Shown: positions 29,245 to 38,365, numbered from the stretch's first letter. The stretch is 64,000 bases of DNA from an uncultured Gammaproteobacteria bacterium (GCA_964596525.1 CAZQUL010000001.1:678509-742508), one strand, 5' to 3'. Notes: a model not told the origin generated them from the sequence alone. Translations and numbers: made by a program.

Positions 29245-30099
29245 ATGTCCCGACCGATCCCGATCATTCTCGACACGGATATCGCCGGTGATCCGGATGA
29301 TGTGTTCTGTCTTAACTTTCTCTTAAAATCACCGGAGGCGAATGTCGCGCTTATCATCACTGCTGACGAGCATGATGGTCATCGCGCGCGGTTTGTTCGG
29401 CATTTCCTCGAACGTTTTGGGCGTGCTGATATTCCGGTGGTGCAGGGGGTTGATCTTGGCAACAGCAGGTACTGCTTGGCCTGTGATGAAGCGCCGTTAA
29501 AAGAAACCGTTCCAACCGATACAGCTGCCGCAGTCGCAGAAGTGCTTGGTAAGCATCCAGACGCGCAGTATCTGTGCGTCGCGCCCCAGAGCAATCTAGC
29601 CGGCGTCATTCGTCATGCTCCGGGCCTTTTGCACGATTACAACGTGCCAATCACGCTCATGGGCGGTGGACTTAAGGATTATCGCGATCCTCGTAAGGCC
29701 GAACATAATATCCGGTACGATGTTGATGCAGCGCGTGCGGTGCTTGGAAGCGGTCTTCGACTTCGCTACGTGCTCGGGGATACGACGTTCAATCCGGCCA
29801 TCAAGATCGATGCGCGGCATGAGATTTTCAAGATCCTTGCCACATCACCCAAACCACTCCACAAGATCATCGTGGAGCAGTGCCGTCGGTTTTTTGAGTC
29901 CAGCTACAACTCAACCATGATGCATGATCCCTTGACAGCGGCAGCGGTCATAACGCCTGAACTCGTTACCTTCCGTGAGGCGTGCGTCATTATGGATGAG
30001 CATGGGTGTATGCACGAAGCGCCAGAGGGAAGCAAAGTAGAAGTTAGCGCTACCGCAGATTACACCCGATTCCTTATGCTTTTTGCTGAACGGCTCTAG
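29245..30099 (+). CDS. Nucleoside hydrolase (IUNH family)
   Basis: DTDIAGDPDD, LMGG, AEHNIRYD, MHDPL motifs. Confidence 0.88.
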   Translation: MSRPIPIILDTDIAGDPDDVFCLNFLLKSPEANVALIITADEHDGHRARFVRHFLERFGRADIPVVQGVDLGNSRYCLACDEAPLKETVPTDTAAAVAEVLGKHPDAQYLCVAPQSNLAGVIRHAPGLLHDYNVPITLMGGGLKDYRDPRKAEHNIRYDVDAARAVLGSGLRLRYVLGDTTFNPAIKIDARHEIFKILATSPKPLHKIIVEQCRRFFESSYNSTMMHDPLTAAAVITPELVTFREACVIMDEHGCMHEAPEGSKVEVSATADYTRFLMLFAERL

Positions 30100-30251
30100 C
30101 CTACCTGCAAATATAAAGCGCCCAAAGGCGCTTTTTGATTTTAATAATTTAAGTGAGATTGAATTTTATTTTTTTACAGGGTATCCTACGCTGGTTATCG
30201 GCTGTTATGCACTGCCCAGGGTCGGTAACATCACATAGCTCAGGAGACGTC

Positions 30252-30686
30252 ATGGTACAGAAGTCGTTCGCTCAGAAGAGTCTTATCGCCGCGTCTTTTT
30301 TCTTTGGCCTGGGGGCGGTGGAAAGTTGCGGTGCCCCGCCAGAGAGGGTTTGCGCTCCGTGTGAGCAGCATCACAGTATTACCGACCCCGAAGGGATGGT
30401 TAACATTCTCGGCGCACTCTATGACAGTACGGGATCGCGAGGTTTTACCGTCCTGTGCGATGCCAAACGCGGTGAGGCTGGCACTCCCGTTGAGGTCGTT
30501 TTTGAAAGCCGGCCGACCGTGCAAAAACCCCTTAAGATCGACTGGCGCATCAAGGGTGCTATGCTTGCGAACCAGAGCCAGGTTTACGAGGTGTTTGAGG
30601 TTACACGCACCTACTCAAGCGGCGCACCGACCATAAAGATTACTTCGTTTATACTCCATCCGCAGGCGATGAGCTGCTTCTTTTAG
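30252..30686 (+). CDS. Orphan putative lipoprotein
   Basis: AGGAG SD; hydrophobic signal ending VES-C. Confidence 0.65.
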   Translation: MVQKSFAQKSLIAASFFFGLGAVESCGAPPERVCAPCEQHHSITDPEGMVNILGALYDSTGSRGFTVLCDAKRGEAGTPVEVVFESRPTVQKPLKIDWRIKGAMLANQSQVYEVFEVTRTYSSGAPTIKITSFILHPQAMSCFF

Positions 30687-31027
30687 CTCTGCGGCTTGAT
30701 GTTTTGTTTCGGGGTTTTAGAGTGCTCCGAAACGATGTGTGCAGGTCTGGCCATCAGCTTCTGACGTGATGGCTTTTTAGTTTGGTTGAGAACGAGGTGC
30801 TCTTTTTCTTTTCTCGTCAGGCATTTGATTTCCGCTTCGCGTCTTTTAGCGCTCGAAGCAGTCGGGTGCTTTTCGCTGTAAACGACGGTAACTGGCCGCC
30901 GCGAACGTGTATATTTTGCTCCGGACGATAGCGAGTTATGCGCATGCAGGCGGTGGGCCAGGTCGGTGGTAGAGCCGGTGTACAATGTGCCATCAGCGCA
31001 TCTGAGGATGTAGACTGTCCAAGTCAT
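30683..31027 (-). CDS. GIY-YIG nuclease family protein (UPF0213/YhbQ-like)
   Basis: VYILRCADGTLYTGST...RL..HN...GAKYTR...A.RE..IK. Confidence 0.92.
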   Translation of the reverse strand: MTWTVYILRCADGTLYTGSTTDLAHRLHAHNSLSSGAKYTRSRRPVTVVYSEKHPTASSAKRREAEIKCLTRKEKEHLVLNQTKKPSRQKLMARPAHIVSEHSKTPKQNIKPQS

Positions 31028-31458
31028 ACCGAGTTTTGCGGGGTGGAAGAAAGGGATTTTCTCACCTCTTCGGCGATGATATAGATGTTGGGTGCGCACG
31101 CAGGCGGCGGAGGAAGGTTGTCAAGCGAAAACCAGCGCCAGGCGGAAATATCGCTTGTCGGCGTTATGTCGGCATCACTATCACCAATTTCCGCGAGATA
31201 GTGGACAAGGATGATGTGTCGATCTTTGGCTGTGGTAACTAATGGTTCGAGCGGGCGGATGATACGGGCGGTTATTCCAAGTTCTTCTTTTAGTTCGCGT
31301 AGGCAGGCGCTGCGTAAATCTTTATCCGTACTTTCTACCACTCCGCCCGGGAACATCCAGGGGTAAATAGTGCCATTTTTGCTTTGTTCTACCAAAAGAA
31401 GGTGGTTATTCCGGACAATAACAGGTCCGGCGACGACCAAGGCTTGTTCGAGCTTCAT
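31024..31458 (-). CDS. NUDIX hydrolase
   Basis: FPGGVVE...CLRELKEELG Nudix box; ATGA overlap with the GIY-YIG gene. Confidence 0.92.
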   Translation of the reverse strand: MKLEQALVVAGPVIVRNNHLLLVEQSKNGTIYPWMFPGGVVESTDKDLRSACLRELKEELGITARIIRPLEPLVTTAKDRHIILVHYLAEIGDSDADITPTSDISAWRWFSLDNLPPPPACAPNIYIIAEEVRKSLSSTPQNSV

Positions 31459-31637
31459 AGGTAAAGTTATCAGAGCTTTAGCTTGACACCAGATGCGTCT
31501 TCGGGTATGATGGGTGTATTAATCAGTCACATCCGTAAAATACTCATAGTTATTGTAGCATACCCTTACCGAGTGCACGCTTAGGTATACGGTGCTACCC
31601 TTATGAACGTATCTTAGGGAGTGCATTAAGTATAGGT

Positions 31638-31973
31638 ATGAACAATAAATTATTTGTAGGTTCGTTGTCGTTTGATACGACTGAAGAAAGCTTGGCCCAG
31701 GCCTTTTCTGTGGCTGGCACCGTTAAATCCGCCAAAGTCATGACCGATAAATTCACCGGTCGTCCGCGCGGTTTCGGTTTCGTAGAAATGGGCAGCGACG
31801 AAGAAGCCCAGAAAGCCATTGAAATGTTGAATGGTCAGGCGATTGATGGCCGCCCAGTTGCGGTTAGCATCGCTCGTCCGCTCGAAGATCGTCCGCCTCG
31901 CCGCGCCGGTAACGGTGGTGGTTTCGGTGGTGGTCGTGGTGGTTTTGGCGGCGGTTCCCGCGGTCAGTTCTAA
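31638..31973 (+). CDS. RRM RNA-binding protein with Gly/Arg tail
   Basis: RNP2 LFVGSL and RNP1 RGFGFVEM. Confidence 0.95.
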   Translation: MNNKLFVGSLSFDTTEESLAQAFSVAGTVKSAKVMTDKFTGRPRGFGFVEMGSDEEAQKAIEMLNGQAIDGRPVAVSIARPLEDRPPRRAGNGGGFGGGRGGFGGGSRGQF

Positions 31974-32175
31974 TCTCCAACATCAAAAACAAAAAACAGG
32001 GTCCGTGCAGCCCTGTTTTTTGTTGTAAGTAAAAGTAATCGCCGGGTTATCCACCACATGAGTGGGCGCTCGAGTAGGGGAGGTATACAGTACCTTCATG
32101 CCTACCCACAGGAATCCCTTTCCCGGGTACGCGGATCGCCTGTCGGGCAGTCTATTACTTTTAACGACTACCTAT

Positions 32176-32370
32176 ATGGCTCGCGAAAATTCTTCATCCA
32201 ACCGCGGGTTCGCGGCGATGGATGAAAATCGGCAGCGTGAAATAGCCAGTCGCGGTGGCAGTGCTAGCGGTGGTAATTTCGCCAACGATCCAGCACGTGC
32301 CGCCGAAGCTGGACGCCGAGGCGGTCAGGCTTCGCATGGCGGACGTGGACGGTCAGAAAACAACGAATAA
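32176..32370 (+). CDS. KGG-repeat general stress protein
   Basis: RGFAAMDENRQREIASRGG and NFANDPARAAEAGRRGG. Confidence 0.88.
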   Translation: MARENSSSNRGFAAMDENRQREIASRGGSASGGNFANDPARAAEAGRRGGQASHGGRGRSENNE

Positions 32371-32462
32371 GACATATCAAAGACGGCATTACCGATGCCG
32401 TCTTTGACGATGTAAAAAACCCTCTTTACTAAGAGAGGGCTTTGACTACAGAGCTTTTGGGC

Positions 32463-32774
32463 TTACAGGGATCGTCGCGCTACGGCGTGGCGCCGGCGCA
32501 CCGAAACGGCGACCGCGGCGAGAAAGAACAGGCCGGGTGCCGCCCAGGACACGGAGTTGGGTGGGTGTTTTACCATCGCACAACTCCCTTGCAGCTTGTC
32601 GGTAATGTCATCCCCTGGTCCGCGGATGCAATTTTTAGGCGACGGCCTGGTCGCATCTTGACTCTCCGGGAAAGGGGAGTTGGGTTGCTCGGGTTTATAG
32701 TTGGTCGTAGCGTTGCTACAGCCAAAAAAAAGGGATAGGACCACGATACTGGCAGCACTTCTCGCGATAGGCAT
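32463..32774 (-). CDS. Small lipoprotein with a MYXO-CTERM-like C-terminal anchor
   Basis: FFG-C lipobox; GSCAM...hydrophobic helix...RRR tail; AGGAG SD. Confidence 0.65.
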   Translation of the reverse strand: MPIARSAASIVVLSLFFGCSNATTNYKPEQPNSPFPESQDATRPSPKNCIRGPGDDITDKLQGSCAMVKHPPNSVSWAAPGLFFLAAVAVSVRRRHAVARRSL

Positions 32775-32997
32775 GAATCACTCCTGTGGTTGATGACGTG
32801 GTAAGACTATAGATAACCACATGTCTCGTCAAGCTCTTAACGTGTTTAGGAGGAAGGTATTTTTTAATCCACCTTGTGCAGGTGATATGGGGGTGTTGCG
32901 CGCTTGTAGCGAAACGGTCCAAGCTAAGATATACACGAACCTGCTTGCTCACTTTCGAGAGTGTTGAGCATGCTTTGATTTTATGAATCTCTGTCAA

Positions 32998-34728
32998 TTA
33001 GATTAGATTTTTTACCATGTAGGTGTTTTCTAGTTCGTATCCCCATTTACGGTAGTAATCTCGTACGCCAACGCCCGAGATAACCGCTAACTTGTCGACA
33101 TTTTTTGATTGAGCGATACCCTCGGCTTTGGCGACGAGCTGTTTGCCTAGACCGCGATGTTGGATATGTTCGGCGTTGCGTTCGCCCAACTCGAGGAGTT
33201 GGCCGTACGTGTGAAGTTCGCGGATGAAAGCGCGGTAGAAGACTTTTTTGGCCGGGTGAAGAGGATTTTCATCGAGGACGCGCAAGCGGCAAAACGCGAA
33301 AACCGCTTGACGATCTTTGTCTTCAAAACTCAAAAAGTACTCTGTTCCGCCCTGCGTAGCGTATTCGTCGATAAATAGTACCGGTGTAGGATCGGCGATG
33401 CTGTGCGGGTCGACATGGCCCACTTCGCGGCAGCGCAAACACTGACAGCGAATGCCGTCCCGTTTCATTTCATCTTCAATGACTTGGCGGAGATTGGTGA
33501 CTTTATTGCCTTCTTCGATGTACTGACCAGGAATGTCGCGAATGAGGCGAGAAACGCGGGTGTAGCGGGGGAGATGGCGCTGAGCTTCTTTTAGTACACG
33601 GATAAGTTCCACCGTCGGGTAGGCGCGGTAGTTTCCGGCTTGAAACCAGTCGTAGAGCTCGGAATTTTTGACGACCGAGCAGGGGTAGATCTTGATCATG
33701 TCGGGGCGGAAACCCGGGTCGTCGAAAACGGTTTTGATCATGGCTAAATCCTTATCGGGTGGTGAACCGGGGAGTTGCGGCATGAGGTGGAGGTCTGCTT
33801 TGAACCCGTAATTGCGCAAAAGTTCGAGAGCATCTTTGGCTTCTTGGTTCGTATGGCCGCGTTTGATGAGAGTAAGCACGTCATCATCGGTATGCTGGAG
33901 GCCGATCTCGAGGCGTGTGGCGCCTAGTTCGCGCATGATCCAGATGGTATGGTCATTGATGCAGTCGGGGCGCGTTTCGAGCGTGAGACCGATGATACGA
34001 TGGGCGGCAGTTTCGTTGATGGTCTGTTCATAGAGGAGTGCGGCGCGTAACTCGGGAAGTGGGGAGTGTTCGGTAAGGATTGCTTTCCTATCATTGCGAG
34101 GAGGTACGACAAAGTAATCCCCCCGTGGTTCAGAGCTTTTTCTACTGCTAATGGGGTTGCTTCGTCGCTCCTGCGTCGCTTCTCGCAATGACACGTTTAG
34201 CTCGTTGCACGCTTGGAATGAACGCAAGATGAACCAATATTGATACTGAAGCGGATACGAATTCCATGTTCCGCCTTTGACGATGAATTCGATTTTATCT
34301 GTGGGGTGGCCGTTATTCTCGAGCGCTTCGAGGCGTCTGGCCATTTGTTCGTACGGGTCAAATTCAAGCGTGAGGGCGCGCATGGCGGCCGGTTCTTCGG
34401 AAAGATAACTTTTGGGCATACGCTCGTCGAGGGGGCAGTAAACGCATTTGCCGGGGCAAGGGTAGGGCTTGATGAGCGATGTGACGATTGCGACGCCGGA
34501 GAGGCTGCGCACCGCGCGGCGGGTGAGAATGCGTTCCAAATACTCGTTCGGTTTGATGTGCGCATTTTTAACCATGGTACGGTACGTTTTGAGGAGTTCC
34601 GTTTTGCTCGGAAAGGCTTCTTTGGATGACAGCTCAGCTACGGCAAGTCGTTTGAGATTATTAAAAGCCGCCTCGCTCTTAGGAGGATTTTCGAGGGCTT
34701 TCTGGATGATGGTTTGGGCGAGGTCCAT
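32998..34728 (-). CDS. elp3: Elp3 family tRNA uridine(34) acetyltransferase (radical SAM + GNAT)
   Basis: RSLSGVA, CPGKCVYC, GGT, LETRPD, KIYP, RELHTYG, QHRGLGK, ISGVGVRDYY. Confidence 0.95.
   Translation of the reverse strand: MDLAQTIIQKALENPPKSEAAFNNLKRLAVAELSSKEAFPSKTELLKTYRTMVKNAHIKPNEYLERILTRRAVRSLSGVAIVTSLIKPYPCPGKCVYCPLDERMPKSYLSEEPAAMRALTLEFDPYEQMARRLEALENNGHPTDKIEFIVKGGTWNSYPLQYQYWFILRSFQACNELNVSLREATQERRSNPISSRKSSEPRGDYFVVPPRNDRKAILTEHSPLPELRAALLYEQTINETAAHRIIGLTLETRPDCINDHTIWIMRELGATRLEIGLQHTDDDVLTLIKRGHTNQEAKDALELLRNYGFKADLHLMPQLPGSPPDKDLAMIKTVFDDPGFRPDMIKIYPCSVVKNSELYDWFQAGNYRAYPTVELIRVLKEAQRHLPRYTRVSRLIRDIPGQYIEEGNKVTNLRQVIEDEMKRDGIRCQCLRCREVGHVDPHSIADPTPVLFIDEYATQGGTEYFLSFEDKDRQAVFAFCRLRVLDENPLHPAKKVFYRAFIRELHTYGQLLELGERNAEHIQHRGLGKQLVAKAEGIAQSKNVDKLAVISGVGVRDYYRKWGYELENTYMVKNLI
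34090..34192. repeat. Palindromic miniature element inserted in-frame in elp3
   Basis: On the coding strand: GTCATTGCGAG...GACGAAGCAACCCC / GGGGATTACTTTGTC...CTCGCAATGA. Confidence 0.85.
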
Positions 34729-34784
34729 ACGGATAGGCTTTACCTTAGCAAAAACCCTTTGCTTGCGCAAAGGGCGTGTGGTCT

Positions 34785-35189
34785 TTAGCAGTTGCCGTCG
34801 AGTGGCGGGAAGCCGGGGTTGGAAATGGAGACCGTACCGGTAACTGCGCCTTCGGCCGTGAAAAAGATGGTCGTGCGCATATAGCAGAGACCATCGGAGT
34901 CTCGTTTATAGATCTGCTGCTCATAAGTGGCTGGCGGACGCGTCGCAAGCGGTATGGTCATAGTCGGCGTCTTGAGAGAAAAACGGCATGCATCATCAGT
35001 CGTTACGAATGGGGCCGGCTCGTGGGCGATTGTGCCGATTTCATGGCCGTCCTGAGTTACTTTGCCGCCGACGTAGATGCTGCTGCACAGCTTCTTGCTG
35101 CTCGTAATTGTTTCGGTGCGAACCGGGTGGCCGCACCCAAAAAACATGAAAAACGTCGTGCAAATTCCGGTGTAAAGGTGTTTGGACAT
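34785..35189 (-). CDS. Orphan lipoprotein (paralog of 35314-35721)
   Basis: FFG-C lipobox; GGAGG SD; shares IGTI..PAP..CR..DGxC pattern with its neighbour. Confidence 0.75.
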   Translation of the reverse strand: MSKHLYTGICTTFFMFFGCGHPVRTETITSSKKLCSSIYVGGKVTQDGHEIGTIAHEPAPFVTTDDACRFSLKTPTMTIPLATRPPATYEQQIYKRDSDGLCYMRTTIFFTAEGAVTGTVSISNPGFPPLDGNC

Positions 35190-35313
35190 TTTGCCTCCAG
35201 CCGTTTGATAATCGGCATGCGCATGGTAAGTACTGCCGCTCCTATTGTCAATAGTTAATCCTGATAATTAAAGCACCCTCTACGTGTAGAGGGTGGGTCG
35301 TTGAGGAGTGTGT

Positions 35314-35721
35314 CTAGCATCCGCCCGAGAGAGGTGTGAGTTTTTCTTCGAAGACGGAGATTTTTCCGTCAACATCTCCTTCGACTCGGATGGTTACCGT
35401 ATCTTTGTACCGGCACTGCCCATCGGGACCTTTTACGAGCTGCCACGTAAGTTCGGCCGGAACAAGAGCAGTAACGAGGAGTGTGCCTTCACCATCTTTT
35501 TTCTCGATCGCGATGCGGCACTTACCGGTTAAGTCGAGGGTAGGTGCGGGCGCGAAGCTGATGGTGCCGAGATATGTGGTGCCCTGATGCACGGTGAGGC
35601 CACTTTTTGCTTCGTGGCAAATCTCTTGAGCTTCAGTGAGCTGTTTGCGGTGAATCTCTTTTTCGCCTTCGCCGCAACTCAAGATTCCTAGGATAAGCAG
35701 GGTTAAAGCACGTCTCTTCAT
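35314..35721 (-). CDS. Orphan lipoprotein (paralog of 34785-35189)
   Basis: MKRR + ILS-C lipobox; AGGAG SD. Confidence 0.75.
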   Translation of the reverse strand: MKRRALTLLILGILSCGEGEKEIHRKQLTEAQEICHEAKSGLTVHQGTTYLGTISFAPAPTLDLTGKCRIAIEKKDGEGTLLVTALVPAELTWQLVKGPDGQCRYKDTVTIRVEGDVDGKISVFEEKLTPLSGGC

Positions 35722-35787
35722 GATCTCTCCTTGCCTGTGAGGCATATGGCATAGTATGATTTTCTTGTTTAGCTGTCAACGTAGTGT

Positions 35788-36495
35788 ATGGATCTTATTG
35801 CTAAAACAAAAGCTGATTATAACCGCATTGCTGGCGCGTATGCTTTGACGCGCAGTGCTGAGCGCGAACTTGTTCAGTTTGAGCATTTTGTAGAACCGGG
35901 TCGGGCGATTTTGGATTGGGGTTGTGGCAACGGCCGACTCGTGCATGTGTTTAAAGGAAAACAAGCCCGCTATATTGGGGTAGATCAAAGCGAAGAAATG
36001 ATTGCCGTTGCGCGCGAAGAATTTAAGAATGAAATTGCTGCTGGGTGGGCAACTTTTGAAGTCACTCCGGGATTACCGCCGTGGCAGTTCGCTGATGCGA
36101 ATTTTGACGGTATTTTTATGATTGCTTCGTTTCATCATCTTCCGGATGTTGAGAGTCAGCTGGCAATACTGTGCGAAGCGCAGCGGGTCCTTAAGCTGGG
36201 CGGATTTCTTGTTATCACAACGTGGAATCTGACGAGTCGGTGGGCAAGGGAACAGATCGGTAACGATTTGTGGCAAAAGGTAGGTGAATACGATTTTATA
36301 ATTCCTTGGAAAAATAATCGTGGGGAAATAGTGGTCGAAAGATATTATCACCATTTTGAACCAGCAGAACTCATATCTTTATGTGAACGGGCAGATTTTT
36401 CTATTAAAAAATCATTTTGGTCAGACGGGGTAGGGGAGGTAAGTCGCGAAAATGGTAAAAACTTGGTAATTATTGCTGTTAAAGAAAACCATTGA
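35788..36495 (+). CDS. Class I SAM-dependent methyltransferase, Trm9/ALKBH8-like
   Basis: ILDWGCGNGR, IASFHHL, RVLKLGG...ITTW, ERYYHHF. Confidence 0.85.
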   Translation: MDLIAKTKADYNRIAGAYALTRSAERELVQFEHFVEPGRAILDWGCGNGRLVHVFKGKQARYIGVDQSEEMIAVAREEFKNEIAAGWATFEVTPGLPPWQFADANFDGIFMIASFHHLPDVESQLAILCEAQRVLKLGGFLVITTWNLTSRWAREQIGNDLWQKVGEYDFIIPWKNNRGEIVVERYYHHFEPAELISLCERADFSIKKSFWSDGVGEVSRENGKNLVIIAVKENH

Positions 36496-36554
36496 CCTTT
36501 TAGGTAAAAAAGCCTAAACTAAGTCCGCTCTGTAATTACCTCGGGAGAGCAAAA

Positions 36555-37691
36555 ATGACGCGTGCTGTTGGCATGATCGGCGCCTGTGGCTTGGTGGCGT
36601 ATTTTGTGGGATGCGAACCGGCGGACTCTTCGTCCGTCGATGCTGGTGGTGCGACGACTGTCCGGGTCGAAGCGCCTTCCGACGCGGCGCTCGCCGATGT
36701 TCATTTTCGGGCAGATGCACTCTTACCGTTACCGTGCTTTTACAGCGCGCGCATTGGAATGGCACGTGACGTGCAGATCGGCCCGTTTACCGATCGCACG
36801 CCGTACGGACTCTTCATTACGACCGAACATCAGGTTGGCAGCACATTCCGCACTATCTGCGGCAAAACGCTTGATGCGGCCGGCGCAGCCTGGGAGAATC
36901 TTCCTGAGCCATGGTACGCGGCAGCCAAAAATACCGTTGAGATCCCCACCACACCGATCGGTGTAAGTAAAAACGGCCTCATCGTTCCCTTTGATCCGCG
37001 TGGTGCGGCCGTAGTCGGTTGGGACGGCTTTCGGGTTTTTCCCTTCGACCCCGACATGTACCAGTTGCAGTACTACGGATTGGTATCGCTCCTTGCCGCC
37101 TCTGATGCGCCCTGGATCGGGTTCGTACTCAAGCGCCGTGTCGATATTTACTCCGTCGGCAAAGGGCTTGAACTTACGGGGAGTGTGAATGCCTCTCGGG
37201 GTACTGATTTCCATCATGCGGTGATGCGCAGTCCGTTGGTCTACAAGAACGCAACCTTGCACGGACTCTGGGCCGATGCGCTGGTGTGGACCAACGACAA
37301 TCGTTTGCAATTCGGCTATCAACGCATTTCGTCGTTTTTTCCGCTTCCTACCGATGCAGTGCCGCTCGAGCGCGCGCATGAGGCGTCGGCCAATCAGGTG
37401 GTGGGTGAGCGTCTGGCGCAGGCTATGTTCGCGGCGGCCCTTACTGACCTTAACGCGGATGGCACGCAAGATCTTGTTGTCTTGCCGTACGGTACGGCGG
37501 AACTGCTCTTTGCCCCGTCGGACGGCTACACTTTCCAGCCGTTGCGCGGTACCGGTCTTTTCCTTCAGAACGTAAAGAGTTTGGCGGTCGGCCACCTTAA
37601 CCACGATGCGTACCCCGATGTTGCGGTGGCGAATATTGATGGTGCGGTGCAGGTCTACCTGGCGGTAGCGCCCAATCCGCGACCGCAGTAA
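36555..37691 (+). CDS. Lipoprotein with C-terminal FG-GAP/VCBS repeats
   Basis: FVG-C lipobox; DLNADGTQDLVV and HLNHDAYPDVAV. Confidence 0.75.
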   Translation: MTRAVGMIGACGLVAYFVGCEPADSSSVDAGGATTVRVEAPSDAALADVHFRADALLPLPCFYSARIGMARDVQIGPFTDRTPYGLFITTEHQVGSTFRTICGKTLDAAGAAWENLPEPWYAAAKNTVEIPTTPIGVSKNGLIVPFDPRGAAVVGWDGFRVFPFDPDMYQLQYYGLVSLLAASDAPWIGFVLKRRVDIYSVGKGLELTGSVNASRGTDFHHAVMRSPLVYKNATLHGLWADALVWTNDNRLQFGYQRISSFFPLPTDAVPLERAHEASANQVVGERLAQAMFAAALTDLNADGTQDLVVLPYGTAELLFAPSDGYTFQPLRGTGLFLQNVKSLAVGHLNHDAYPDVAVANIDGAVQVYLAVAPNPRPQ

Positions 37692-37810
37692 TTTTTTCGG
37701 CTGACCCAACCAAGGTCAGCTTTTAGATTTTAAGAAACGGAATACCCTTGCCAAAAACGTTTAAGTATGGTGATATAGGGTCATAACTTATAAAGATTCG
37801 GAGGGAGCTC

Positions 37811-38365
37811 ATGCGTCCTTTTTTTAGTTTCCTGCTCGTACTTTTGTTCGTTACCCAAGGTAATTCTTCGGCTGAGGCAGCTAAGAAAAGAACCTTGAAA
37901 AAGAAGCCTGCCCGGGCATCGATCAAGAAAATCGAAGAAAAAGAGAAGCCTGTGGCTAAGAAAAATCCTGAAAAGAAAAAGAGGCTGGCTCCATATCCGC
38001 TCATCGAAGTTGCGCCTGTCGACGATAGCGTGCCCACTTTTGGCTCGTCGCCCAGCTCGTATCTGGCAACATGCCTTTTGGATCAACCGTTCAGCGTTCT
38101 GGACAAAGATCAGAAGAATTTGCCTCTTAATAAAGTTTTGAGCAAGCCCGTCTCGGCGGTTTTTATCGAGTGCACCAGTGTGGTGCGCCCGTATTCGGTC
38201 TATACCAAGATTAGCTCCGGCCGCTTTGAGCCGTTTCGGGCGGAGGTGGTCTGTCCGTCTACCGGATCAAAGCGCCGCGGTTTCGTTGAGATCGACACGT
38301 TTGCTTACACGCTCGATCGAGAGCGCGTCATCGGACTTGTTTGCAAAGATCTCGGCTCCAAATAA
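37811..38365 (+). CDS. Secreted hypothetical protein with a Lys-rich N-terminus
   Basis: Signal peptide ending AEA; GGAG SD. Confidence 0.7.
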   Translation: MRPFFSFLLVLLFVTQGNSSAEAAKKRTLKKKPARASIKKIEEKEKPVAKKNPEKKKRLAPYPLIEVAPVDDSVPTFGSSPSSYLATCLLDQPFSVLDKDQKNLPLNKVLSKPVSAVFIECTSVVRPYSVYTKISSGRFEPFRAEVVCPSTGSKRRGFVEIDTFAYTLDRERVIGLVCKDLGSK

